Positions 1 to 12,629 of a stretch of 64,000 nt of DNA are shown piece after piece. Below the pieces are notes generated by a model. The model searched no databases and had not been told where the DNA came from. It saw only the letters and a program-made list of their open reading frames with translations. Numbering within the stretch: position 1 is the stretch's first letter; each line of letters starts with the position of its first letter. This DNA is from Nemertoderma westbladi (lineage: Eukaryota; Animalia; Xenacoelomorpha). The translations under genes were made by a program, and so were the position numbers. Location: contig JAUCBJ010000071.1 in assembly GCA_032718475.1 (NCBI GenBank), forward strand, positions 12,532-76,531, in the 5' to 3' direction.

Positions 1-287
1 AGCCAGATGCCTGTCTTTCTTTTTTGATAACTCTTCAATTATCCTTCTAAGTGCCAAAATGGGCTCCATGGTCCCACGACCTTTACGGAACCCATTCTGA
101 TTTCCACGGAGCAGTCTCTCAATGGGATCCCTGATGCGATTTAATAGAATCCTATTGTATAGCTTTGCAGCAATCGAGATCAATGAGATTCCCCGAAAAG
201 AACCATAGAGTGTTAGGTTGCCCTTCTTGGGAACTGGCACCAACTTATTTGTTTTCATTTCTTTTGGGACTCTTGTTGTTCGGTACA
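1..287 (-). mobile_element. RTE-like non-LTR retrotransposon (LINE) ORF2 reverse transcriptase segment, downstream half; continues off the window
   Basis: Minus strand reads MYRTTRVPKEMKTNKLVPVPKKGNLTLYGSFRGISLISIAAKLYNRILLNRIRDPIERLLRGNQNGFRKGRGT, i.e. the LINE RT N-terminal motifs PxxKKG, RGISL and QxGFR. Confidence 0.9.
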
Positions 288-563
288 TGCTATGTTGTGA
301 GGTGAGCCGAAAGATAGAACAAGAGTTTATCTGAAGCATGTACACAACATAATAATCAATATAATACATATATAGATGTGATAGGTAAGTCAGCAGTCAG
401 GTGGGCGCCGACTGCATAGATATACCAGATACCGGTATGGTAGGTATCAGTATGCAATAAGAAGAACGGTACAGCAGTAAGGTATATGCAGTAAGGTAAC
501 CGACAGAACAGTATAACATACATATATACTATATGGCTACGAGTAGGTCACGAGTATCTCTCA
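288..563 (-). repeat. Gypsy 3' LTR (276 bp, TG...CA)
   Basis: First 111 bp match 9781-9891; on the minus strand it is preceded by the polypurine tract CTGAAAGGGGGAGA (564-577). Confidence 0.88.
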
Positions 564-601
564 TCTCCCCCTTTCAGTTTTAGTGAGTCTGGGAATATAT
601 G

Positions 602-3600
602 TCAGTACCTCTCACCTCCCCCTTTCAGTCTGGGAGATCGTCGCGGGATGATTTTTGACCTCACCTCGTCATCGAATGTAATGTTGCGTTTGGGTGGGGA
701 CCCACGAGGTGTGTCCGGATTGGACGGTGTGGAAGGAGAGTTGCGTGCTCCGACAAAGCGACGGAGGTATCGACGGTTGCGTATGAGTTTGCGCCCATTC
801 GAGAGGAGGATTTCGAAGCGGCGGAACCAGAGTTTTCCCACGATAGTGCCAGTGCGGTCCCACAGGCGTGTCCGTTGACTTTGTAGACGGACCGTCTCAC
901 CGAGAGTAAGCGGTGGGAGGGGATGTGCGGATAGGTTATAACGATCAGCCATGTCCTGTTTAAGGATACCAGCTCGAATAACAGAATCGGTGGTCGGCTT
1001 TGTGGCAAAGGAAGCAGGGTGTACTGGCACGCGGGATCGCATTGAACGTCCATAGAGTAACTGCGCAGGGGACAAACCAGTGGCAGATGGGGTGTTTCGC
1101 CACTCAAGGATGGCCTCAGCAAATGCGCGTTGATCAAGATGTTTATTAGCGGTTTGACACTTTTTTACGAGGGCCTTCATGGCATGAACCGCAGATTCGG
1201 CATGGCCATTGGATTGTGGATATTCAGGCGAGGAGATGCGGTGTGTCACCGACCAGTCGTGGAGGAAGTTGCGGAACTCCTCTGACGTGAACTGGGGCCC
1301 TCCATCTGTAGATAGTTCGACCGGGGCACCATAGTCCCGGAAGTATTGGGTAAATGAGTCAATAAGGTGGCGTGTAGAGGGGCATGTGCGGTATGCCTCA
1401 ACTATGGGCCAACCAGTGTGTCAATCAGCATATACAAGGTAATATTGATATGCGTAGGAGTACAGATCAGCGGAACATTGCTCAAATGGTCGATTTGGAA
1501 GCGGGGTTGAAATTAAGTCCTCATGTGGTTGACTACGTTGGTATAGTTGACACGAATCACATGACTCGACAGTGTTTTTGATGTCGGAATTCATGCCGGG
1601 CCAGTAGAACGCCTGGCGCGCGCGACGCTTGGTACGAACAATGCCTTGATGCGAGGCATGTAACCGCTTAAGGATTTCACGACGAATGGAACTCGGGATA
1701 ATGATCCTGGCTCCATATAGAATGAGGTCGCCGTCGATTGACAGTTCCGGTAGTATACTTTTATATTGATGGACTGACTGTTTCGGTATGTCGTCAGTGT
1801 CTTTACCATTGGCAAGGTAATGGTACAGATCCTGGTAGGGGATGTCTGTTTTAGCAGCGTTGATGATGATGTCGAGAGCAGGGTCATGACTGGGATGTCT
1901 GTCGGCGACTGATTCATCATCTATAGCACTGACTCGTTGGATGACGGCTGTGTGGTGGTCATCTTGGAATAATACTTCATCACTGGGTTGCGGGTCGGAG
2001 GTAGGAGCTCGTGAGAGAGCGTCGGCTGAGTGATTGTCCTTCCCTGGGACCCATTTAGCTGTAAACGTATATGGGGCAAGTTTCTCGCGGAGGCGTTGGA
2101 GACGGGGGTTCTCAATGAGGTCGAGGGTGAACCTGTTGAGGATAGGAATTAATGGTTTGTGGTCAACTTCGATGTCAAAGTGTGCGAGGCCTTGGAGATA
2201 TAACTTGCACTTTGATGCAGCCCATACGACAGCAAGTAATTCAAGCTCACACATAGCGTAGCGCGATTCGGTATTAGTTGTGAAACGAGAGCCACATTGA
2301 ATGAGACGCCAGCTCGGAGGTGAGTTGAGATCAGCGTTGTGATTTTGCAGCAACACATATCCTAAGCCTTGGAGACGAGACGCGTCAGTGCGAAGGACGG
2401 TGGGCAACGCAGGGTTAAAAGGTTGAAGCACTGGTGGGGAGACCAAAGCAGCTTTAATGGCATTAAAGGCAGTGGTGTGCACGTCTAACCAGAGAAATGA
2501 GTTGCGAGTTTGCAGCAGCGGTCGTAAGGGAGCGGCAACGGCGGCAATTTCATTGGAGAACTCGCCGAGTTGGTTAACTAAACCAAAAAATGAGCGGAGC
2601 TCACGGATGTTCGTTGGGATGGGGAATTCCGAGATGGCTGATACCCGGCTGGGATCAGCTTCGACACCAGTATGGCCAACAATATAGCCAGCAAACTCAA
2701 CACTTGGCTGCGCAAAAACGATTTTGTCAGGGTTTAGAGTTATTGAAGCGTTACGACATCGGGTTAAAAGTTCCGAAACAATAGTGACGTGTTCGTCAAA
2801 CGTTGTTGTATAAACGATGATGTCGTCTACAATTTTTCTACTATTTGTTAGGCACTCGAGTGCAGCATCACCTCGACGGCAATATTCATCCCCGGAGCAT
2901 GATAGACCCATCGGTGCGCGAAGATACATATAGCGTCCATATGGGGTCAGGAATGTAGTGAGAGGTTGGCTGTCCTCGTCAAGAGGTATTTGCCAGTACC
3001 CATGGGTCACATCGAATTTGGAAAAGTAGCGCATTCCATGGGGAATTGAGAATACTACATCGCGGGGTGATGGAAAGGGATGAACTGGTCGGTGTATATG
3101 AATATTCAACCGTGTATGGTCGACGCACATACGTAATTTACCGTTCTTTTTCGTTGTCACGACCAGGGGACTAACAAACTCAGTTGGGTAGTCCACTTTT
3201 GAAATAACTCCCTTTAATTCCATCTGATTGAGGTTTTCTTTGATTTCCTCGCGGTAAGCAAATGGTATGGGGCGAGCGGCGTGGACTGCGTACGCCTCGT
3301 ATCCCTTTTTCATGTAGATATGCATAGGGTCACCAGACATGGTGGGCAGTTCGACATTAGGTGAACTCCCGGCAAACACGTCATTGAATTCGCAAACAAG
3401 CTGTTGGTGGGTGTTTTCGATAGTTTTTATAGGTGTGTCGTCCGTGATTGGCGGTGGGGTTGACACAGTAAGCAGGTTCCCTCGTTGAGCGGTTATATAG
3501 CCGGGAATTGGAAATTCTGGGGCTAATAGTCCGTGCTGTTTACATACAATGTATGACATTAGAAACCCATCGAAATCGGAGGTAACATATGCAACGGTGG

Positions 3601-4204
3601 GTATACAACGTTCATAGTAAATTATATTAATTGAAATGGAACCAAGACATTCCATTTGTGTTTTATTTGCAGCTAACAGCGGTATGACGTCAATGGGGTT
3701 GATATACTGGGTTAAACCATGGGTTTCGACAATAGAATTCGAAATTATGGTGTCATCCGCCCCAGTATCAACTACTGATGAATTTATGAAAAAGGTTGCA
3801 TCATGGCAGGAGACAGAGACGCGTATCCTAGGTGGTTTCGATGAAACAGCATAAATGAATGCATTATTGTTGTTTATGTTTCCATCCTCGAGATCGGTTG
3901 CAATATAGCTATTATGGGAGGCTTTATTTGGATGCGACCGAGGGACAGGTTTAGGAGTCGTGGAGGTCGAGGTAGCGGACTGTTTCTTACCGCAAACAGG
4001 AGCTATATGACCTTGTATACCACAAGCGTGACAGGTACTGGATCGATGCGGGCACTGACTCCGTTCGTGGGCTGAGTAACACTTTTGACAAGATTTTCGC
4101 CGTTCATAAGGTTGCTGGTTGGAGCGGGGGGCGGAGGGACTCCACTCCGTCTTTGTTTGTGGCATGGGCCTCGGTACCGTGGGTTGGAGGTTGATCGACC
4201 GCGG
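602..4204 (-). pseudogene. Gypsy gag C-terminus and pol (Zn knuckles, protease, RT, RNase H, integrase) with one in-frame TGA at 1421-1423
   Basis: Two CCHC knuckles (CQKC..H..C; CHACGIQGHIAPVC), VDTGA protease, YLRAPMGL and IVDD RT, TDAS and DHKPL RNase H, HASH..CDSC integrase zinc finger, PQSNGHAE. ORFs 1421..4165 and 602..1249 are in the same frame. Confidence 0.93.
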
Positions 4205-4379
4205 TGTTAGAATTAGAACTCATTTTAAACATTAAACTTATTGCTGTATTTTAATAACTAAACTTTACTGCTATCAGCACGTGCGCAATGCAATACATAT
4301 TCACCAGTCACCAACCTAACTAACTCACAACAATACAGTAGGCACAAACTAACACAAGCATAATACTGCAGTACTCACA
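4205..4379 (-). repeat. Copia 3' LTR (175 bp, TG...CA); no partner LTR in the window
   Basis: Starts TGTTAG exactly where the Gypsy gag is broken, ends CTCACA, and is adjacent to a polypurine tract (minus strand AAAAAAATGAGGGGAGAT, from 4380). Confidence 0.8.
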
Positions 4380-4453
4380 ATCTCCCCTCATTTTTTTAAA
4401 TTAAAGTTTGTTGTAATAATTGTTGCATAAAATCATAGTTTGTATAAAATCAG

Positions 4454-7400
4454 TTACATATAGTTTTCTTTGATCTCGAACTTCTTTCTCACATCCTTCT
4501 TTGTTAAACAATCAGCCAATTGGTTAGTTCCTGCAACCAATTTAAATGACACGCGACCAAGTTCGAATAGTTCTCTTAGTATTCCCATTTCGATCATTAA
4601 ACGCTTATCACGGAGTACATTAGTGGTTTGAATTGCGGTATGTAATGATTTGTTGTTGGTGTAACAAATTATCGGTATAGAAACATCAATAATGTTTTCA
4701 ATAATTTTCGATAAGAAAATTGCCTCCTCAACACCGTCTACACATGCCAAGGTTTCTGCAGCTAATGTAGATTTAACAACCCGTCGAACTTTAGCAGATT
4801 TCCATGTCAATAAACCATTCAACTGAACCTCTCCAAATGGATATGATGATTGGGTGGAACAGTTGCTTGTTTCTTGACCATTGTTTACTGTAGCTAAAAA
4901 TATCATATATCCACCTTGAGAAGAGAAACCAACTGCATTACCAAGTGAAGCATCTGTAAATACTGCTAATGCTGCACTTGAAGGTTTAAAGTAGGTAGTA
5001 TCAAATTGCAGACCAGCAGCTAATGATTGTTTGGCTTTACGAATTACCTTATTGAGGTACTTAGCATCACCAACTATAGGATGCTTTGCCTGTGAACTTA
5101 GATAAGAAGCATCAAAACTTAAATCAGGGCGACTTTGATTGGCAAGCCATGATATAGCTCCTACTCGTGTTCGATAATCAGAGATTTCATTGGATGTTAA
5201 TGGTCTATCAACTTCAGCATATTGCGAGATTGGAAGTTCTGTTAGAAGCTGAGCGTATCGAAATTGACTAATTTCAATTTCATGATCGGTTTGTTTTACA
5301 TCAATACCAAGATATTTAAAAGCCAGTGCTGCTGTTGAACGAATTTCAAATATACTACATATTTTCGCAACAATATTGTTCTTGAAGTATGAGTTACCTC
5401 CCCACAGGATATCATCAACATGAATGCATAACAACCCCTGAATTTCTCCATCTTTCTTATAATAAAACAAAGCTGGATCCTCGGGACAAGCAGTCAATCC
5501 TAAATTCGTTAAGGTCCCCCGAAGTTTCATATACCATGCTCGTGGGGCATCATTTAGACCATACACAGTTTTCATTAACTGCCAAACTCCATCTACCATA
5601 GCCTCTGGTGGTGGCTTCACGAATATTTCACGATCGATGGTGAAACCCTGTAAGAAAGCACACTTAATGTCGAGACTATTTATTGTCCAACCGTATGATG
5701 AAATCAGAAACAACACGAGACGAATATTATCTTTATTACATGTAGGCGAATCTGTTCGACCACCAAACTGTTCTTCAAATCCCCGAACTACAAGGCGGGC
5801 TTTGACAACATCATTGCCATTAACAACTTTCTCTGTAATGACCCAGCGTGTAGACACAAGAGACTGACCAGAATATGGAACAACTTTCACAACACCTTGT
5901 TCCTTCCATGTACTTAACTCCTTTTCTTTAGCATCTTTCAATCCTGAAGTTACCGTAATCATTACCTCTTCATCATCAGGAACAATTTCATAATCCGAAA
6001 CTTCATCTAGATTCACCCAAGATTTACCACTAGGCAATTCAATATTCCAACAGTTCCTATATTTACCGCTTGCCTTACCAGCTCGACTTAATATTCTTCC
6101 ACAAATAACATTATCAGAATCGGTGTATTTAATACGTTGCCCAGCTTTAACATTACTATTTGCAACAATAGACACCCATGGTTGTTTTCCACTTTCGGTT
6201 TCATTTGAACTATTATTAGTAGGCAACGTCATGTCATTATGATCATTGGCATTGCCGATATCATTGTCATCATCATCACTATCATCAACAGATCTTCGCA
6301 CAACATCACCATTATTAGAGTTTCGGACAATGCTTCCATCGCCATTATTTTTAACAACACTGTCATGTACATCATTTGTCAATCGTTCATTTGAATTATT
6401 GACTAAGCAAATTCGAGTTTTATGTACTCGAACTATAAACCCACCATGTCTCACATAAACACTTTGACCCTCAGAACCTATCACAACTCCAGGTCCCTTC
6501 CATTCTTTGTGACCTTCTCGCTTGTAAAATACACGATCCCCATTTTCACACTGAAACTCGACCGCTCTAACATTATGCTTAAGTGCACGGCGCAATCTAC
6601 TACTAGACTCATTTGCAATAAATTGTCTACGGGCCACATGCATCGCATTTAGGTTGTCTGCCACTACCTCACTCGTTGTCTTACCCTCCAAAGCAGCTAG
6701 AGAACTATTCTCTAAAATTGGAATTTTTGGATTGAGTCCAATAGCAACCTGGCTCGGTGAGAAACCATGCACATTAGTCAAACTGTTTCGTGCAACAACA
6801 GCCCAAGCAACAGCAATATTGAGATTTACATGACAATCTTGCATTATTTTAAGTACATCATCACCCAATACTGCATTCTGACGTTCACAGACTCCATTAC
6901 TGAAAGGGGATTCTGCCGCAGTTGGTAATATCTCAATATTACAGTTATCAGCCATACTAACAAATTCGTCATTATAAAATTCTCCACCGTTGTCAGCCAA
7001 GACTTTATTTGGAACACCAAAATTTGAAATCCATCCAGTAAACATCCCTTGAATAACAGATTCAGGCTTTTTATTTGATAAAACTGCAGCTGCACGGTAA
7101 CGTGTTGCTAAATCCACCATATGTAAAATAGGATGACCAGTTATAAATTTTAGATCAATAGCTAATCCTTCATTGAATGTTGTTGCTAATGGTTGACAAA
7201 CAACTGGACGAGGTGGTGCTCTACGGATTCGCTTACAAACTTCGCAATTATCTCTCACACAATGTAAGGCTTGTTCTAATTCCGAACTCCAACACTCAGC
7301 ACGCTTGAGTAAAGTGATAATACGTTTTGTGTCTGCATGTGCAAACTGTCTATGCAGCTTCAATGCAATATGTTTAACATCAGAATTCACATTTGATATT

Positions 7401-8700
7401 TGTTCGAGAAAATATGCCACATTTGAAGAACAATTAGGTGCAATATGTATACAAAAATGCCCTGCTCTATTCCGAACTGGAGTGATTTCCTTACCCAACA
7501 TGGTGATTGTTCCCTTTTCAAAATTCATATGTGTGCGAGCCTTTTGCATTGACTGTTTGCTTAATAACAAAGGAATATCACAATTCACGACTTCTGTAGA
7601 AATGAATATATTTTCATTTGCAATACATGCTGGAATTTTTACATTTTTTATCGAAGCTACTGATTCTCCAGAACCAAATCGAAATCGTACTGAAGAATCC
7701 TTTTCAACAATGCGTTCTCTCTGCTCAGATGTTAGACTATCCAAGTAGCAGCTGTACCAAGTTGTACCACACACAGTACGACTGCAACCAGAATCCAATA
7801 TCGCAAATCCCAATTCCTCAGCTACAAAATCTTCTTTATCCTCCCCAGTAAACAAAGTAATGTGAACCTCCTCGTGCTCGTACTCACCATCATCTACCTC
7901 TGTATTATAAACCCGTGTAACTTCTGGACAATCTCTCCTTAAATGAAACCTTGAACCGCACACAAAACAACCAGGATCAAAGTTTCCATTCCCTGAAAGA
8001 CGATTTGTTGACGAAGTTGTGTTATTACTACCACCAAACTGCCGTCCAGGAACATTCCACTGCCGAAATGAACCAGCTACTCCCCCACCACGCATCTGAC
8101 TGTTGGTATTAAACTGACCAGTTGGACGGCCAAATCTATTACGTGGAATTCCCCCAAGTGCTCCGCGAAAATATCCGGACCCACCACCACCGTACTGCTG
8201 GCTAAATCCTCCTCGACGATATCCCGATTGCCCATAAAAAACTTCCGACATATCCGAGTGTTCATCGCCACCAACCGCTTCATTAACTTCTTCGAGTTTA
8301 ATAATAGAGTCACCAACTTCCACCGGCGTTTTTGTTCGTTGATTCGCCAAACGCTTTAAAGTTTCACGCATCGCATCGTAGGTGAACCTATTTACCGTAG
8401 CCCTCACGAGTTGTTCCATTGGTTTCTCGAGATTACAACCCTTCAAAAGGCGATACGCCAGAACACCCTGTGGTAAGTGCATGTTATGTCCTCGAACTTT
8501 CGCATACAGATTGTCAAACTGAATCAAATAGTCATCCAGTTTATCATTCGGTTTACGCAAATAGCTCTCAAAATTCTCGTAGGCTTCGAACGCCCTTTCA
8601 TCCTCACTTTTTAAATACAACTTGTCCAACAGTTCGAGAACTTCTTGAAAACCAGTAACTGATGTTAATATATCTTGCTCGATCTCCATTGCTGCAAATT
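4454..8700 (-). CDS. Ty1/Copia gag-pol polyprotein, 5'-truncated, otherwise one open frame
   Basis: CFVCGSRFHLRRDC knuckle, LDSGCS protease, HRQFAH..CEVC, DLATRY, DNGGEF and ERQN integrase, then RT (LDIKCAFLQG, YGLNDAPRAW, HVDD) and RNase H (FTDAS, TLAAE). Integrase before RT is the Copia order. Confidence 0.93.
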
Positions 8701-9662
8701 TCGGAGACTGCACCAGTAGCATCGCGGCGTGATTGTTCCCAGGCTCGACAAACCTTAAGAACATCGTCCAGGGTGGGGTCATCGTACTGGTCGAATATTT
8801 TCTCCCTGAGTTCGTCATCATTGATGCCGGAAATAATTTGGGTCATAAGTTGCTGTTCCGAGCAATGGTTACAGGGTTCGGAATTACTCTGTAAGTCGGA
8901 CAAGCGGACATAGTAGTCATCAAAGGATTCGCCCTGAGACTGTTTAGTGCGGGTAAACTCCACACGGCGGCACACAACGTTGGTTTTGCGACGATAATGA
9001 GCAAGGAGTTGGTCGAGAATTTCGTTGACCGTCATGGTGTCGGTGACGTGCATGATGACTCACATCGCATCCTGAGTTTTACGGGAGATGCAGCCATAAA
9101 GGTGAACAACCTGGGCTGCGAGGTCGAGAGAGAGGATGTCGTTAACGTTATAAAAGCGTTCGAACTGTTCTCGCCAGGTTTTGAACTGCGCTAGGGTATA
9201 GTCGTTTGTTAATGGTTCGGGTTTGTAAGAGGAATCCACGCGGCGGGATGTCCTGTGGTCGCCAGCGGCAGCGGGCGCGGGGCCATGGCCGGGGGCTATG
9301 GCAGCGCAGCGCGGGCCCTGGGTACCAGGAACCGGTACAGCTGGGCGTTGTTGATCCGTGAGGAACTGGAAGAAGGCGTTTTGCTGGTCGCGTGCAGCGG
9401 CCTGCTGTTCGCGGATGAAACCCATTAACACAGCGACGGAATCACCTTCCACGGTTCGGTAAACTTCCTCCACGCCAGGGTTGGAGGTGATGTCGGACAC
9501 GGTATGTTCGCGGACAAATTTCATAATTATGCAACGCATAGAATCTGTGTTCGTCTTGGCGTCGACGCTGATGCTGAACTGTGTGGCCCACTCCCGGAGT
9601 TGATCCCGTGGGGCATCAGCAACGTCAGTCAAAGATGGTAAATCTTCCAAGTTGGATGCCAT
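8701..9662 (-). pseudogene. Gypsy gag N-terminal part with an in-frame TGA at 9060-9062
   Basis: ORFs 9060..9662 and 8604..9053 share a frame. The segment FKTWREQF...QSQGESFDDYYVRL...IISGINDDELREKI...TLDDVLKVCRAWE is typical retrotransposon gag. Confidence 0.85.
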
Positions 9663-9780
9663 AACAGATACGGTGATACAGAAAATCTGTACGGTATGGT
9701 ATTGCAGTATTGAGAACGGTATTGCAAAGTTCAGAAGTTGGGGTGTATCGCTGAGGTAGCAGACTACACAAACTGCACCA

Positions 9781-9891
9781 TGCTATGTTGTGAGGTGAGC
9801 CGAAAGATAGAACAAGAGTTTATCTGAAGCATGTACACAACATAATAATCAATATAATACATATATAGATGTGATAGGTAAGTCAGCAGTC
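9781..9891 (-). repeat. Truncated Gypsy 5' LTR (111 of 276 bp), with PBS-like site at 9771-9780
   Basis: Matches 288-398, then switches abruptly to LINE sequence. Confidence 0.85.
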
Positions 9892-10670
9892 TACTATGAT
9901 GGGATAGATGAGCTTTAAACACTCAGGTATTTTAAAGACCTCAGGGGGAACACCATCTACTCCACTGGCACGATTGGTCTTAATGCTCTTTGCAGCAGCC
10001 TTCACTTCTGCAAAGGAGATATCGCCAATGGGAATATCTGGGAGTACAGACTCAGACACTTTTACTTCTATAAAGTTATCAGGCAATACTATGTCATTAT
10101 TGAGGAGCTTTTCAAAGTGGGCTTTCCAACCATTGAGGCGATCGGCTGGTGATTCAGCCTTAACCTTGGTGGTTGGTTGGCTTTTCCGCCCAGTAAGCAG
10201 ATTGATCGATTTCCATGCCTGGGATGATTGCCTGCTGTCGTCAGCATCATTGATGGCATCAACCTGTTGGTTTATTAGCTCCTGTAGATTAGCAGAGTTC
10301 TGCCTGTTCAGGGACCTAGATGCAGCCTTAACTGCATTCTTGGCTGCTGTAGTCTGTTTGAGCCGGGACTCTTTCTGCGCCTTATGAAGGTCATTTCGTC
10401 ACTTCTGAATTTTGTTGTCAGTCCAGGGGGCCCTTTTCCTGTTTCGAGGGTATACAGGAACTGTTTCTGCAGCTGCTAACTTAACTGCTTCTGTAAAGGC
10501 AGTATAGCCCTCACAGTGATCTACCGCCTCAGAGGCAAGAGCCTCATAACTGTTGCTCAGCTGTGGGAAACTCCTTTGGGAAACAGAGTGGAAGGGTTTA
10601 CTGTGGAAGATCACCCTTGGTGGTGGACAGGTATTCCCTGGATTGATGAAGGTAAAAGATTCTGACATTC
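9892..10670 (-). mobile_element. RTE-like LINE ORF2, upstream half (linker and start of RT), 5'-truncated, TGA at 10399-10401
   Basis: ...WKAHFEKLLN...ISFAEVKAAAKSIKTNRASGVDGVPPEVFK...IYPIIVD joins logically to MYRTTRVP at 288. Confidence 0.85.
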
Positions 10671-11408
10671 TTATATAACAATTGTCTGATTTGTAAGGAG
10701 TAAAAAAATATAATATAATAATATAATTTATAATTATAATAATTTATTAATAACAAACTGTGTTTAAATGTGTACTTAATTAAGTTAATTTCATTGCAAT
10801 CAATACTCAATGTAATTATCTACTCTACCGATTGAATGTTCTCCACAACTCTCTCTTATATTTTCGTTTAAATTCTAATTATATATTCTTTACACTATAA
10901 ATATATTATTTATTGATCGATGAATATTAAATAAATGTTAAATAAATAAATAACCAAGACAAAATTACCGCGACAAATCATTTAATCATAATAGTCATCT
11001 GTCCATATTAAATAACTAACTAATAAATTGGCAACTAGCTAATATGTCATTTTACTACAATTAATCTCACAACAACAAAGGGTTATATAAAACAATAAAT
11101 TATAACAGTCCCGTATAAATATACATAAATAGCGCAGACACAATATTTTATCATAATTCCAAGGCACTGAAAATTCCAGTCCATATAGAACAAACGATCT
11201 TTGGGTCACATGCAAAAAATTAATTTAGTTTATCATAAACGATTCTTCTATATCTCCTACTACCGAGGTTTACCTCGTTAAAAATAAACTTATTGATTAT
11301 ATTTGAACGACATTTAGGCATAGAAATTAAATGAAAGATCGTTGATCGAGGAATGATAATTCCGATCATATTACAGAGCCACTACTGGAACTTATTATCT
11401 ATCATTAT

Positions 11409-12356
11409 TTAGGAACATTGACATCGGAGGACACAACCGTTGTAAATGTTATATTGAGACAGTTTCTTTACATCTTCTAAAGGCGTTAGAAAAAACGTTA
11501 GACTTTGTTTCGGTACGGGGACCCCTATATTCGATTCCAACTGATCTTTTACGCTCAAAACCGTATCATTAGGATCTGTTTGCAGTGCTATAGTTGACTT
11601 CTTTGAATCCCATTTAATTTTAATTACAATAATCATACTTTCCTTTGTTTTCAACCCCAAATAAACAGTGGAACCGTCCACAATACCGCATTGCGTTACC
11701 GAATATTCATCTTCCAAAACCTTCCCTTTGAACATGAGTTCCTGGTGGTCTGCTGGTATCCAAAGTTTAAACTCAAGGGTGAGCTTCAAGGATCCTACCG
11801 TTACTGGTCTACAGTACTCGTCATTAAATGGAACCTGAACGACACAGCCTGAGAGGGTCTGCACATTTACATGAGTTGAATCTCCTCCCCGCAGACGCAA
11901 TGCTAAAGTAAGTTCGCGTTTGTCATCAGCCACTTCGGGCCATTCCGATATTTTGAAATCATCCGGCAACTGTTTGTTAAGGATGAGTCTTTGCTCGCTC
12001 GGGGTTATTCCCTCCCTGGATTGGATCATTGCCTTCACTATAGCCACGGTGTCATCAGGTTCCGCATAGAATCTCATGGTCTTCCCGGTGAGAGTTTTAA
12101 TTTGGATTTCAATGTTGCCACCAGTACGATGCAACACCAAGTGTACGTCTCCGTAGTTGATATTATAGTCGGACAGCGTCCTGTCGTCCTGTAGTTGATG
12201 TCCGCTGAATATGAACCGTTGTTGTTCGCTAGCAGACGGCACATCTTTCTTTATTTTCTCATTAATAAGCTTTTTAACATTTTTAACCGTATCTGATAGG
12301 TTGACTTCCAAAGCTACACACTTCCCAGAGATAGTACGGACAAATATCAGAGTCAT
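11409..12356 (-). CDS. Divergent tandem ubiquitin-like protein (four UBL domains), intronless
   Basis: Four repeats of the ubiquitin pattern (I.VKTL.GK...DTV..VK..I....G.P...Q.L.F.G..L.D...L..YNI). Internal LHRTGG and LRLRGG motifs; ends in CQCS. Confidence 0.85.
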   Translation of the reverse strand: MTLIFVRTISGKCVALEVNLSDTVKNVKKLINEKIKKDVPSASEQQRFIFSGHQLQDDRTLSDYNINYGDVHLVLHRTGGNIEIQIKTLTGKTMRFYAEPDDTVAIVKAMIQSREGITPSEQRLILNKQLPDDFKISEWPEVADDKRELTLALRLRGGDSTHVNVQTLSGCVVQVPFNDEYCRPVTVGSLKLTLEFKLWIPADHQELMFKGKVLEDEYSVTQCGIVDGSTVYLGLKTKESMIIVIKIKWDSKKSTIALQTDPNDTVLSVKDQLESNIGVPVPKQSLTFFLTPLEDVKKLSQYNIYNGCVLRCQCS

Positions 12357-12629
12357 ATTGAATACTAATTATCTGAAATTAGTAATTTATTACAGTACTA
12401 ATGATACTATTACAGTTAATATAATTCATCGTAACATTCACACTAAAAATAAAGTGATATACAGACATTTATTTAAAGTACTGGTACGTAGGTGGTACAG
12501 AACATTGAAATAAATAAATATAATACTTAAGGAAAACATCAATTATGAATAATGTAATATTTATAGACAATTATTAGTTATATTCCAACAGTCGGTATCC
12601 CCTAACGGTGTCACTGCATCCCCCTAGCG

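Larger units (their letters stand above)
288..9891 (-). mobile_element. Ty3/Gypsy (Mag-like) LTR retrotransposon inserted into the RTE LINE and itself interrupted by a Copia element
   Basis: LTR sequence tgctatgttgtgaggtgagccg... occurs at 288 and 9781; PBS-like TGGTGCAG next to the 5' LTR; PPT at 564-577; gag-PR-RT-RH-IN order. Confidence 0.92.

Noticed and set aside
8700-8821. N-terminus of the 1455-aa ORF as a real Copia start
   Set aside because: It is Gypsy gag sequence read in another frame and fused by the truncation junction.
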